Origin: Christensenellales bacterium
GTDB lineage: Bacteria > Bacillota > Clostridia > Christensenellales > UBA1242
Direction of reading: 5' to 3'
NCBI GenBank assembly: GCA_051883495.1
Contig: JBJETV010000006.1
Span: 2,160-66,159 of the forward strand
DNA: 64,000 bases
Below the pieces are notes generated by a model. That model saw only the letters and a program-made list of their open reading frames with translations, was not told the DNA's origin and did no database searches. Within the stretch, counting starts at the first letter, position 1, and the number at the start of each line of letters is the position of its first letter. The translations under genes were made by a program, and so were the position numbers. Positions 7,312-16,353 of the stretch are shown here, one piece after another.

Positions 7312-7935
7312 ATGAAAAAAGAAAATAGCAAAGAACAACAATATGGTGATATTATTTACAACCACGACCTAAAAAAGCACACTATTATGGTGGCTGGCTT
7401 TCCTGCAATGATTACAAGTTATGTTGCAGGTGGGAAAACATTGTTCAAAGGTTTTTTGCCTGGATTTGAATTTGCACAAGTGGAGGGAATAGCAGACGAA
7501 TCCGAATGTGTAGAGTATCTTCAAGATATGCTAGATGACGAAGTGGAAGAATTGGTTGTTTTTGGCAAATCTTTGCCTCCTGTGGCAGAAGATGATGTGC
7601 TTTTGCGTCAGTATCCAGGCTACAAGATAGCATATTTGGATATCAACGTGTATGCAACCAACAATGATGAAGATTATTACGATTGCACACACGATTGCTC
7701 TTGTTGCAGTGGACATTGCCACGAAGCAGAATGTGATGACGACTGTGATTGTGAAGACGATTGTGATTGTGATGATGACTGCGACTGCGAAGACGACTGC
7801 GATTGTGAAGATGATTGTTGTTGTGAAGACGACTGCGACTGTGATGATGACGATGACGATGATGACGACGATGATGACGACGATGATGATGACGATGATG
7901 ATGACGATGATGATGACGATGACGATGACGACTAA
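7312..7935 (+). CDS. Acidic Cys/Asp-repeat protein with C-terminal Asp30 tail (function unknown)
   Basis: Long ORF. GGGG at 7301-7304 is spaced correctly for the ATG at 7312; the alternative ATG at 7306 is only 1 nt from it. The unknown N-terminal domain is followed by YYDCTHDCSCCSGHCHEAEC, six DDCDC(E/D) units, and 30 Asp. Confidence 0.75.
   Translation: MKKENSKEQQYGDIIYNHDLKKHTIMVAGFPAMITSYVAGGKTLFKGFLPGFEFAQVEGIADESECVEYLQDMLDDEVEELVVFGKSLPPVAEDDVLLRQYPGYKIAYLDINVYATNNDEDYYDCTHDCSCCSGHCHEAECDDDCDCEDDCDCDDDCDCEDDCDCEDDCCCEDDCDCDDDDDDDDDDDDDDDDDDDDDDDDDDDDDD
7738..7932 (+). repeat. Coding minisatellite: 6 x 18-nt (DDCDCE) units followed by a 90-nt GAT/GAC tract
   Basis: The units start at 7738, 7756, 7774, 7792, 7810 and 7828. 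Nt 7843-7932 are 30 consecutive Asp codons, including three GATGATGATGAC 12-mers. Confidence 0.95.
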
Positions 7936-7950
7936 GATAAAAGGCTGAAT

Positions 7951-10188
7951 ATGAAGATAAGTGGCTCGATTGAAGACATAATATACAAAAATCCTGACAA
8001 CGGATACACTGTCCTTAACATAGATTATAAGGGCAGACTTTTGACATGCGTAGGCAAAACTGTGTCTGCCAATGTGGGCGAAGATGTGGAGTTGGACGGC
8101 GAATTTGTCCAAAATAGCAAGTTTGGAGAGCAGTTTGCCTTTGTAAAAATAGAAACAGTAGAGCCAAAATCAGTGGAAAGCATAAAAAAATACTTAGCAA
8201 GTGGGCTTATAAGGGGTATTGGCCCAGTAACAGCAGAGGCTATTGTTAGGAAGTTTGGCACAGACACATTAAGTGTGCTGGAATATGCTCCTACAAGGCT
8301 TAAGGAAGTGCGAGGAATAAGCGAAAAAAAAGCATTTGAAATAGCACAAAACTATGGGGATATAAAGAAAATGCAAAATGCTGTTATCTTTTTGCAACAA
8401 TATGACATTTCGACCAATTTATCTGTTAAGATATTTAATTTTTATAAAGATAAAACGATAGAAACTGTATCTCAAAACCCTTACGCTTTGGTTGAAGATA
8501 TTGCAGGAGTGGGCTTTTTGTCTGCGGATAGAATTGCCTTTAAGATGGGGATAGAGCCAACATCAGACTTTAGAATTAGGGCAGGAATTTTGCATCTTTT
8601 ATCCGAGTTTTCGGACAAAAATGGGCATACTTATATCCCAAAAGAGCAATTATTTTCGGCAGAAGTTGACCTTTTGGGGCTGGATATAGAAACACTTTCT
8701 CCTATTTTTGAAGACCAAATAGAAAGGTTGGAGATTGAAAGTGTTATAAGGGTTTTTGATTACAAGGACACGCCTTGTGTGTGTTTGAAAAAGTTTTATT
8801 ATATGGAAAGTAGTATTTCCGCCAAATTGATAATGCAAAGCATGTCAAAGGTGGAGCAAAATATTGATGTAGAAAGGGAAATTTCAGAATATGAACGCAT
8901 AAACAAAATTAAACTTCACGAAACACAAAAAGATGCAGTGAGAGAGGCTGTTTTGGGGCAAGTTACGGTGATAACAGGCGGGCCAGGAACAGGCAAAACA
9001 ACCATTGTAAAATGTATTTTGCAAGCGCTAAAAAAATGGACAAACAGGGTGCTTTTGCTTGCTCCAACAGGTAGAGCATCAAAAAGATTGTCGGAGGCGT
9101 GCAACCACAAGGCAAGCACTATTCATAGAGCACTTGAAATGACTTACAAAGAGGGCGAGCAAGCGGTGTTTAATTACAACGAAAAAAATAAACTTATTGT
9201 CGATTGCGTAATTGTAGACGAAATGAGTATGGTTGATGTGTCGTTGTTTTACAGTTTGTTAAAAGCCCTCCCAGCAACATGCAAAGTGATTTTGGTCGGA
9301 GATAAGGACCAACTGCCTAGTGTTGGGGCAGGCAATGTGTTGCATGATATAATAGGAAGCAAGACAATCCCTGTTGTAAAACTTTCGCAAATTTATAGGC
9401 AAGATGACCAAAGTTTGATTGTAACCAACGCCCACCTTATCAACGAAGGCAAAATGCCCGACCTTAGCAACAAGTCAAAAGACTTTTTTTATGAAAACAG
9501 ACAAGACCCACAAGAAATGTATGAAACAGTGGTACAACTGGCGACCAAAAGATTGCCAAAATTCCTTAACTGCAAGCCAGAAGATATTCAGGTGTTGTGT
9601 GCAATGAAATCTGGCATTTGTGGAGTGGAAAATCTAAACAAAAAGTTGCAAGAAGTGATAAATCCACATATGCTCCGCAAGACAGAGATTAACTTTGAAA
9701 CAAGGTGCCTTAGAGAGGGCGATAAGGTTATGCAAACAGTGAACAATTATGACCTAGAATGGAGCAAAGAGTATGGAAAGGATATGACCGAGATCGGCAA
9801 GGGAGTATTTAATGGCGACATAGGGAAGATAGAAAAGATAGACTACCAAACTGGCGAAACAACAGTTATCTTTGATGACGACAGAAAAGTGGTTTATTCC
9901 AAGGCAGATTTGTTTGAGTTGTATATTTGCTATGCCACAACTATTCACAAAAGTCAGGGCAGTGAGTTTGATGCAGTGATTGTGCCAGTAGTTGCTGGTT
10001 CCAATCAAATTATTACACGAAATTTGCTTTATACAGCGGTTACAAGGGCAAAGAAATTGGTTGTGCTGGTCGGACCAAAAAAGAATATTGCAAGAATGAT
10101 TTTTAACAATTACACCGCCAAAAGATATAGTATGCTGGAGGAATTGTTGAAACTTCAAAAATCAAAAGCGGACAGCCTCTACTCATAA
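7951..10188 (+). CDS. recD2: RecD2-type SF1 DNA helicase (RecD/TraA family)
   Basis: 745 aa. Walker A VITGGPGTGKTT, motifs CVIVDEMSMVD and LVGDKDQLPSVGAG, and C-terminal YATTIHKSQGSEF...LLYTAVTRAK. Confidence 0.9.
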   Translation: MKISGSIEDIIYKNPDNGYTVLNIDYKGRLLTCVGKTVSANVGEDVELDGEFVQNSKFGEQFAFVKIETVEPKSVESIKKYLASGLIRGIGPVTAEAIVRKFGTDTLSVLEYAPTRLKEVRGISEKKAFEIAQNYGDIKKMQNAVIFLQQYDISTNLSVKIFNFYKDKTIETVSQNPYALVEDIAGVGFLSADRIAFKMGIEPTSDFRIRAGILHLLSEFSDKNGHTYIPKEQLFSAEVDLLGLDIETLSPIFEDQIERLEIESVIRVFDYKDTPCVCLKKFYYMESSISAKLIMQSMSKVEQNIDVEREISEYERINKIKLHETQKDAVREAVLGQVTVITGGPGTGKTTIVKCILQALKKWTNRVLLLAPTGRASKRLSEACNHKASTIHRALEMTYKEGEQAVFNYNEKNKLIVDCVIVDEMSMVDVSLFYSLLKALPATCKVILVGDKDQLPSVGAGNVLHDIIGSKTIPVVKLSQIYRQDDQSLIVTNAHLINEGKMPDLSNKSKDFFYENRQDPQEMYETVVQLATKRLPKFLNCKPEDIQVLCAMKSGICGVENLNKKLQEVINPHMLRKTEINFETRCLREGDKVMQTVNNYDLEWSKEYGKDMTEIGKGVFNGDIGKIEKIDYQTGETTVIFDDDRKVVYSKADLFELYICYATTIHKSQGSEFDAVIVPVVAGSNQIITRNLLYTAVTRAKKLVVLVGPKKNIARMIFNNYTAKRYSMLEELLKLQKSKADSLYS

Positions 10189-10201
10189 AATAGGTGAAAA
10201 A

Positions 10202-10909
10202 TTGAAAGAACTTTTACAAAAATTTGAAAATGAGTTGTTTGCGGAAAATTTTGAATGTTCGCACTGCTCATCAGAAAGATTGAAAAACAACCACCACTAT
10301 CTGTGTGATGATTGCTATGAAAATATAGACTGGATATCTTTTGATTGCAAAAAATGTGGAGATAAGGTAAACGAATACACTTTGTATTGCAACAACTGCA
10401 AGCAAACGGAGCATAAATTTGATAGGGTGTTTTGCAGTTGCAAGTTTCAGGGTGTGGCAAAAAGTATGGTTTATAGCCTAAAATATGGCGAAGCAAAATA
10501 TATTGCAAGGACTATGGCAGAGTTTATGGCAGAAATGTTTTTGCAAAGATGCAATGAAAAGATTGACTTTATTATCCCAGTGCCTTTAAGCAAGCAAAGG
10601 ATGAAATCTCGAGGATACAATCAGGCAGAACTTTTGGCAAAACACTTGTCGGATATCTTGAATATCCCAATGAAATGTTGGATAGCAAGAACAAAGGATA
10701 CCCCTACCCAAACTCACCTAACAAGAGAAGAAAGAAAAGATAATTTGCTTGATGCCTTTGACTGCATAAACAAGGAAAATTTGAAGGACAAAAATATTTT
10801 GCTGGTTGATGATGTATTTACAACTGGTGCTACTATGAATGAGATAACCAAAGTGCTGAAAAGGTGCAAAGTAAAGAGGGTATATGGCATTACGTTTTGC
10901 CACGCATAA
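10202..10909 (+). CDS. comFC: ComF-family protein (ComFC-like phosphoribosyltransferase)
   Basis: N-terminal Cys pairs (CSHC...CDDC, CKKC...CNNC) and the PRTase motif ILLVDDVFTTGATMNE. TTG start as in the track; the start is uncertain. Confidence 0.8.
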   Translation: MKELLQKFENELFAENFECSHCSSERLKNNHHYLCDDCYENIDWISFDCKKCGDKVNEYTLYCNNCKQTEHKFDRVFCSCKFQGVAKSMVYSLKYGEAKYIARTMAEFMAEMFLQRCNEKIDFIIPVPLSKQRMKSRGYNQAELLAKHLSDILNIPMKCWIARTKDTPTQTHLTREERKDNLLDAFDCINKENLKDKNILLVDDVFTTGATMNEITKVLKRCKVKRVYGITFCHA

Positions 10910-11130
10910 AGAAAACTGTGGCGTAATTTTTGGTTTATATTTTTGATTAAAAACATACGAATTTTCTATAAAAAACACAATAAATGGACAAATTGTAAAA
11001 AAAACTAAAAAAAGTCTTTTATTTTAACGAAAATTATAGTAAACTAACATATGAAATTTTGTTTTTTCAAAAGAGAAAGCTTTTGAAAATATACGAAAAC
11101 AAAAATTTTTAGTAGAAGGGAAAAACTTAC

Positions 11131-13803
11131 ATGGGATTATTTTCAAAACTGTTTCCATCAGACAACACAAGGAACATAAAAAAACTGGAAAAGATTGCAG
11201 AACAAATTGAGGCTCTTGATGAAGAGTTTTCTAGCAAAACAGACGAAGAATTGGTGGCTATGACTCCATATCTTAAGGAGCAACTAAATCAAGGTAAAAC
11301 TCTTGATGACATTTTGCCTGAGGCTTATGCAACTGTTAGAGAAGCAAGCAAAAGGGTATTGCATATGAAACACTTTCATGTGCAACTGTTAGGTGGCATT
11401 GCCTTGCACCAAGGCCGTATCGCAGAGATGAGAACTGGTGAAGGTAAAACTCTTGTGGCTACACTTCCAGCCTATCTCAATGCTCTTGCTGGCAAAGGAG
11501 TGCATGTGGTTACTGTCAACGAGTATCTTGCCAAGCGTGACGCCGACTGGATGGGAAAAGTTCACAGATTTTTGGGGCTGACAGTTGGAGTAAACCTTTC
11601 GGATATGAGCAAGGAAGAAAAGAAAAAGGCTTATGATTGCGACATCACATATTGCACCAACAACGAACTGGGTTTTGATTATCTTAGAGATAATATGGTC
11701 CAGCGATTAGAAGACAAAGTTCAACGTGGTCAAAACTTTGCCATTGTGGACGAAGTGGACAGTATCCTTATTGACGAGGCAAGGACCCCACTTATCATTT
11801 CTGGGCAAGGGTTTAAGTCTAGCGAGATGTATTACACTGCGCAAAGATTTGCAAAAAATTTGACACCAGAAGATTATGAAATTGACGAAAAAGAAAAGGC
11901 AATAAGACTGTCAGAGTCTGGCATTGCAAAAGCGGAAAGATTTTTTAAGGTGGAAAACCTTTCGGATATAAACAATATAGAACTTAACCACCATATCAAC
12001 AATGCTATTCGTGCCAATTTCATTATGAAAAGAGATGACAATTATATCGTTAAGGACGACGAAATTATCATTGTTGACGAGTTTACTGGCCGTTTGATGC
12101 CTGGCAGAAGATACAGTGAGGGCTTGCATCAAGCAATAGAAGCCAAAGAAGGTGTTAAGATTAAGGACGAAAACAAAACTTTGGCAACAATCACTTTCCA
12201 AAACTTCTTTAGGTTGTATAACAAACTCAGCGGTATGACAGGAACAGCAAAAACAGAAGAGGCAGAATTTAATGGTATTTATAACCTAGACGTTGTAACC
12301 ATTCCAACCAACCTTCCTGTTATAAGGAAAGACTTGCCAGACATTATTTATACAACAGAAGAAGGCAAATTCCGTGCTGTTGTAAAGGAAATTGTTAGTG
12401 TTCACGAAACAGGTAGACCAATATTGGTGGGTACATCAACAGTAGAAAAGAGTGAAAAACTCAGTGAAATGTTAAGGCGAGAAAAAGTAAGGCATATGGT
12501 GTTAAATGCCAAAAATCACGAGCAGGAATCTGAAATTGTTGCTCAAGCAGGCAGAAAAGGAGCAGTAACCATAGCAACCAATATGGCTGGTCGTGGAACA
12601 GATATCTTGCTGGGTGGCAATCCAGAATTCTTGACCAAAAAACAACTAAAAGACAAGGGTATAAATGCTAACGAATTGGAGTTGGTATCCAGTTATGTGG
12701 CGAATTTGAGTGAAGATTTGCTAAAACTGAGAGAGCAATATTTTGATTTGCTCGCAAAGAACAAAGCAATAACTGATGCCGAAAAGAAAGAGGTAGTGGA
12801 ACTTGGTGGGCTTTGCATTATTGGCACAGATAGACATGAGAGCAGACGTATAGATAATCAGCTTCGTGGGCGTGCAGGTCGTCAGGGCGACCCAGGTAGC
12901 AGTGTGTTTTATGTTTCTATGGAAGACGACCTTATTAGGCGTTTTGGTGGGGATAAAATGAAAGCAGTTGCAAGGGTATTCCGTGTGGATGACGACACCC
13001 CATTCCAAATAAAATTCCTATCCAAACAAATAGAAACTGCACAAAGAAAAATTGAGGCACAAAACTATGCTATGCGTAAGTTTGTTTTGGAATATGACAA
13101 CGTTATGAGCCAACAACGTGAACTTATCTATGCCGAAAGAGATAAGGTTCTTGCCGGGGTGGATATTCACCAAGAAGTGTTGGATATGTTTCCAGATGTT
13201 GTAAAAGAAGTGGTTTATAACAATATTGATGATGATATCCCTTACTACGATTGGGACCTTGAAAAGTTAAATAAAGAATTGGAAGTTAGATTGGTAGAAA
13301 AGGGAACCAACCTTATAACAGAAGACTTTGTAGAAGATTGCGAAGTGGAAGATGTGTATAACAAAGTCCTAAATTATGTTGAAGAAAGATACAAAAATGT
13401 TGCTCAAAAAGCACAAGAAATGGGGCTTAATTTTGCAAAATTTGAGGGTTTGTTCCTTCTTCGTGTGGTTGACGTGTTGTGGATGGAACATATTGACACT
13501 ATGGATATGTTAAGGAAAGAAATTGGGCTTCAGGCATATGGCGGGCATGACCCACTTGTCGAATACAAGCGTGATGGCTTTGATATGTTTGAAAAGATGA
13601 TAAGGCAAATAAGAGAAGACACTTGCACACATCTTCTTAATATTCAATTTCAACGAGTAACACAGCAAATGCCAAACAATCAACCTCGAAATTTGCAAAC
13701 CAATCAAAAGCCTAGCCAAGCAGTAAGCAAAAAGGTGGTAGGCAGAAATGACCCATGCCCATGTGGCAGTGGCAAAAAATATAAACACTGTTGCGGAAAA
13801 TAA
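11131..13803 (+). CDS. secA: Preprotein translocase ATPase SecA
   Basis: 890 aa with MRTGEGKTLVATLPAYLNAL, DEVDSILIDEARTPLIISG, and the C-terminal Zn motif CPCGSGKKYKHCCG. Confidence 0.97.
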   Translation: MGLFSKLFPSDNTRNIKKLEKIAEQIEALDEEFSSKTDEELVAMTPYLKEQLNQGKTLDDILPEAYATVREASKRVLHMKHFHVQLLGGIALHQGRIAEMRTGEGKTLVATLPAYLNALAGKGVHVVTVNEYLAKRDADWMGKVHRFLGLTVGVNLSDMSKEEKKKAYDCDITYCTNNELGFDYLRDNMVQRLEDKVQRGQNFAIVDEVDSILIDEARTPLIISGQGFKSSEMYYTAQRFAKNLTPEDYEIDEKEKAIRLSESGIAKAERFFKVENLSDINNIELNHHINNAIRANFIMKRDDNYIVKDDEIIIVDEFTGRLMPGRRYSEGLHQAIEAKEGVKIKDENKTLATITFQNFFRLYNKLSGMTGTAKTEEAEFNGIYNLDVVTIPTNLPVIRKDLPDIIYTTEEGKFRAVVKEIVSVHETGRPILVGTSTVEKSEKLSEMLRREKVRHMVLNAKNHEQESEIVAQAGRKGAVTIATNMAGRGTDILLGGNPEFLTKKQLKDKGINANELELVSSYVANLSEDLLKLREQYFDLLAKNKAITDAEKKEVVELGGLCIIGTDRHESRRIDNQLRGRAGRQGDPGSSVFYVSMEDDLIRRFGGDKMKAVARVFRVDDDTPFQIKFLSKQIETAQRKIEAQNYAMRKFVLEYDNVMSQQRELIYAERDKVLAGVDIHQEVLDMFPDVVKEVVYNNIDDDIPYYDWDLEKLNKELEVRLVEKGTNLITEDFVEDCEVEDVYNKVLNYVEERYKNVAQKAQEMGLNFAKFEGLFLLRVVDVLWMEHIDTMDMLRKEIGLQAYGGHDPLVEYKRDGFDMFEKMIRQIREDTCTHLLNIQFQRVTQQMPNNQPRNLQTNQKPSQAVSKKVVGRNDPCPCGSGKKYKHCCGK

Positions 13804-13815
13804 TTGGAGAAAAAA

Positions 13816-14914
13816 ATGGTAGTTGACGAACAAAGAGAAATTTTTTCCAAACTCAAAGACAAGAGTGATTACTTAAAGGAGTGTCTTTGACAAGGAAAAC
13901 TTGTTAAAAATTTTAGAAGAAAAGAAAAAAGAACAAGAAAATCCTGACTTTTGGAATGACCTAGAAAAAAGCAAAAAGAATGGTAAGGAAATAAAGAATA
14001 TAGAAAGCAAACTTTCGGTTATATCTTCTTGTGAAAAATATGAGGAAGATATAGAATTTTTGCTGGAACTTTTGGAACTGGAAGATGACGAACAGTCCTT
14101 CAATGAACTCATTGCAAAGATAAATCAGTTTGACGAATTTCTGGAGGAAAATACAATTTCAACTTTGCTGAATGGGGAATATGACGATTGCAATGCTATA
14201 TTGTCCATTCATGCTGGTGCTGGTGGCACAGAAGCGCAGGATTGGGCGAGTATGCTTTATAGAATGTATGCTAGATTTTGTGAAAAAAATGGATATGATA
14301 TGAATGTTGTTGATATGCTAGACGGTGATGAGGCTGGTATAAAGAGTGTAACATTTGTAGTGTCAGGCGACAAGGCATATGGTTATCTTAAGGCAGAGAT
14401 GGGTGTTCATAGATTGGTTAGAATTTCGCCATTTGACGCAAACAAGCGCAGGCACACCAGTTTTGCCAGCCTAGAAGTTATGCCAGAGATTTCTGATGAC
14501 AACGAAGTGGAAATTTCACCTGACGACATCAGAATTGACACCTACAGGAGCAGTGGTGCAGGTGGGCAACACGTCAACAAAACAGACAGTGCGATAAGGA
14601 TAACTCATTTCCCAACAGGGATAGTTGTTACTTGCCAAAACGAACGTAGCCAAATACAAAATAGAGAAATGGCATTTAAGATATTAAAGAGCAAACTTAT
14701 TGCCCTAAAAGAAGAAGAACGAAGAAAGAATCTTAATGATATCAAAGGCGACATAAAGAAAATTGAATGGGGAAGCCAAATAAGGTCTTATGTTTTTTGC
14801 CCATACACCATGGTCAAAGACCACAGAACTGGTTATGAAACATCAAATGTAGAGGGTGTTATGGACGGAGATATAAAGCCGTTTATTTTGGACTATCTCA
14901 AAAAGAGCCTATAA
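13816..14914 (+). CDS. prfB: Peptide chain release factor 2, made by +1 programmed frameshift (13816-13887 joined to 13889-14914)
   Basis: Frame 0 reads MVVDEQREIFSKLKDKSDYLKECL and stops at TGA 13888-13890. The +1 frame continues DKENLLKILEE..., with SPF (RISPFD) and GGQ (SGAGGQHVNKT) motifs. Confidence 0.95.
13876..13891 (+). promoter_or_regulatory. RF2 autoregulatory +1 frameshift site (AAGGAG tgt CTT TGA C)
   Basis: An internal SD-like AAGGAG lies 3 nt before the slippery CTT-TGA-C. This is the same architecture as the classical E. coli prfB site. Confidence 0.9.
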
Positions 14915-14925
14915 GGCGGTGAAAA

Positions 14926-15978
14926 ATGTATTTTGAAGAAATGCAGAAAAGAGTTGAAAAACTGAAAAGTCAAAAAGATGTGTTGGTGCTGGGGATAGAA
15001 AGCAGTTGCGATGAAACATCTATGGCAGTGGTGAAAAATGGCAGAGAAGTGCTAGCAAATGTTATCTCGACACAAATAGATATACATACAAGGTTTGGTG
15101 GAGTTGTGCCGGAGGTTGCCAGCAGAAATCATGTTATGGCTATTATGGGAGTGCTGGAGGAAACATTAAAAAATGCAGGCATAACTTTGCAAGATATAGA
15201 TGCTATTGCGGTTACATATGGGGCGGGGCTTATTGGTGCATTGATGGTGGGGGTGTCCTTTGCCAAAACCCTTGCATACAGCCTCAATGTTCCATTGATA
15301 GCGGTAAACCATATCCGTGGTCATGTCAGTGCCAATTATGTTTCGCATAAAGATTTAACCCCTCCTTTTGTGGGGCTTATTGTAAGTGGTGGGCATACTG
15401 CTATTGTTTATGTCAAAGACTATATCAATTTTGAAACAATAGGCTCTACTCTTGACGATGCAGTGGGCGAAGCCGGGGATAAAATTGCCAGAGTGATGGG
15501 ACTTGGTTATCCGGGCGGACCAAAGGTGGACAAACTGGCAAAACAGGGTAAAGCAAACATTCGATTTGTTAAGGACAACTTGAAACATTCTTACGATTGT
15601 TCTTTTAGTGGTCTAAAGACGGCAATAATAAATTATGTCCACACACTTACTCAAAAGAACAAGCCTATCCCAGTGGAAGATATATGCGCTTCCTTTCAAA
15701 AAGAAGCATTTGACCCATTGATAGAAAAATGTATAAGGGCTTGCAAAGAATATAATTGCAATAAACTGTGTGTCGCAGGTGGAGTGTCGGCAAATAGTTA
15801 TCTCAGAAGCACATTGCAATCAAAAGCGGAAAAAGAGAAGATTCAAGTCTTTTTGCCTGATATGAAACTTTGCACTGACAATGCAGGTATGATTGCTAGC
15901 CAGGGATACTTTAATCTTATAAGTGATATTGGACTAAGCGACATAAATCTTGGGGCAGTGTCTAATATCCCACTATAA
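14926..15978 (+). CDS. tsaD: tRNA N6-adenosine threonylcarbamoyltransferase TsaD
   Basis: LGIESSCDETSMAVV and HIRGHV motifs; 350 aa, Kae1/Gcp family. Confidence 0.95.
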   Translation: MYFEEMQKRVEKLKSQKDVLVLGIESSCDETSMAVVKNGREVLANVISTQIDIHTRFGGVVPEVASRNHVMAIMGVLEETLKNAGITLQDIDAIAVTYGAGLIGALMVGVSFAKTLAYSLNVPLIAVNHIRGHVSANYVSHKDLTPPFVGLIVSGGHTAIVYVKDYINFETIGSTLDDAVGEAGDKIARVMGLGYPGGPKVDKLAKQGKANIRFVKDNLKHSYDCSFSGLKTAIINYVHTLTQKNKPIPVEDICASFQKEAFDPLIEKCIRACKEYNCNKLCVAGGVSANSYLRSTLQSKAEKEKIQVFLPDMKLCTDNAGMIASQGYFNLISDIGLSDINLGAVSNIPL

Positions 15979-16050
15979 CAACATATATTTCTAAAAATAT
16001 TAGTCTATTTAAGGCATTTTAATAAAAAAACACCTTAATTAAAACGACTT

Positions 16051-16110
16051 AAAAAACATATTATTTTAGTTAAAAAAACTAAAAAGAATATTATTCTAGT
16101 TAAAACAACC
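16051..16110. repeat. Two tandem 30-bp direct repeats (25/30 identical)
   Basis: AAAAAACATATTATTTTAGTTAAAAAAACT followed by AAAAAGAATATTATTCTAGTTAAAACAACC. Confidence 0.85.
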
Positions 16111-16164
16111 TAATTATGACTGTTTAAGTATGACAATATAAAAACAGTCTATTATGACAATCAA

Positions 16165-16231
16165 AATACAAAAAGTGAATTTTTATTAAGAAAAATACTT
16201 TATAAAAATTATATAAGTTCACTTTTGTATT
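16165..16231. repeat. 14-bp inverted repeat with a 38-nt loop (possible long terminator or operator upstream of cwlD)
   Basis: AATACAAAAAGTGAA (16165-16179) pairs with TTCACTTTTGTATT (16218-16231), followed by GGGGTTGTCTTTTTTTATTTGTTTTT. Confidence 0.6.
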
Positions 16232-16353
16232 GGGGTTGTCTTTTTTTATTTGTTTTTATGTTTTTTTTGTCATTTTTAGTCAAATTTTTAATCTTCTTTC
16301 CTTTTTTGTAGCATATAAAACGGAGATGTTTAATAAAATATTTTGAGGATAAT

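Noticed and set aside
7531-8112. 193-aa ORF on the - strand (IIVIIIVIIIV...) and a 98-aa + strand ORF at 7652-7948 (MMTTMMT...).
   Set aside because: Both are alternative-frame readings of the GAT/GAC and TGT/GAC repeat tract of the Cys/Asp protein gene. They have no SD, are pure low-complexity sequence, and overlap the recD2 start.
13901-14914. TTG at 13901 as an independent start of RF2 (as drawn in the ORF track).
   Set aside because: The canonical CTT-TGA-C frameshift site with an upstream SD-like element, plus an in-phase 24-codon N-terminal ORF from ATG 13816, explains the gene better.
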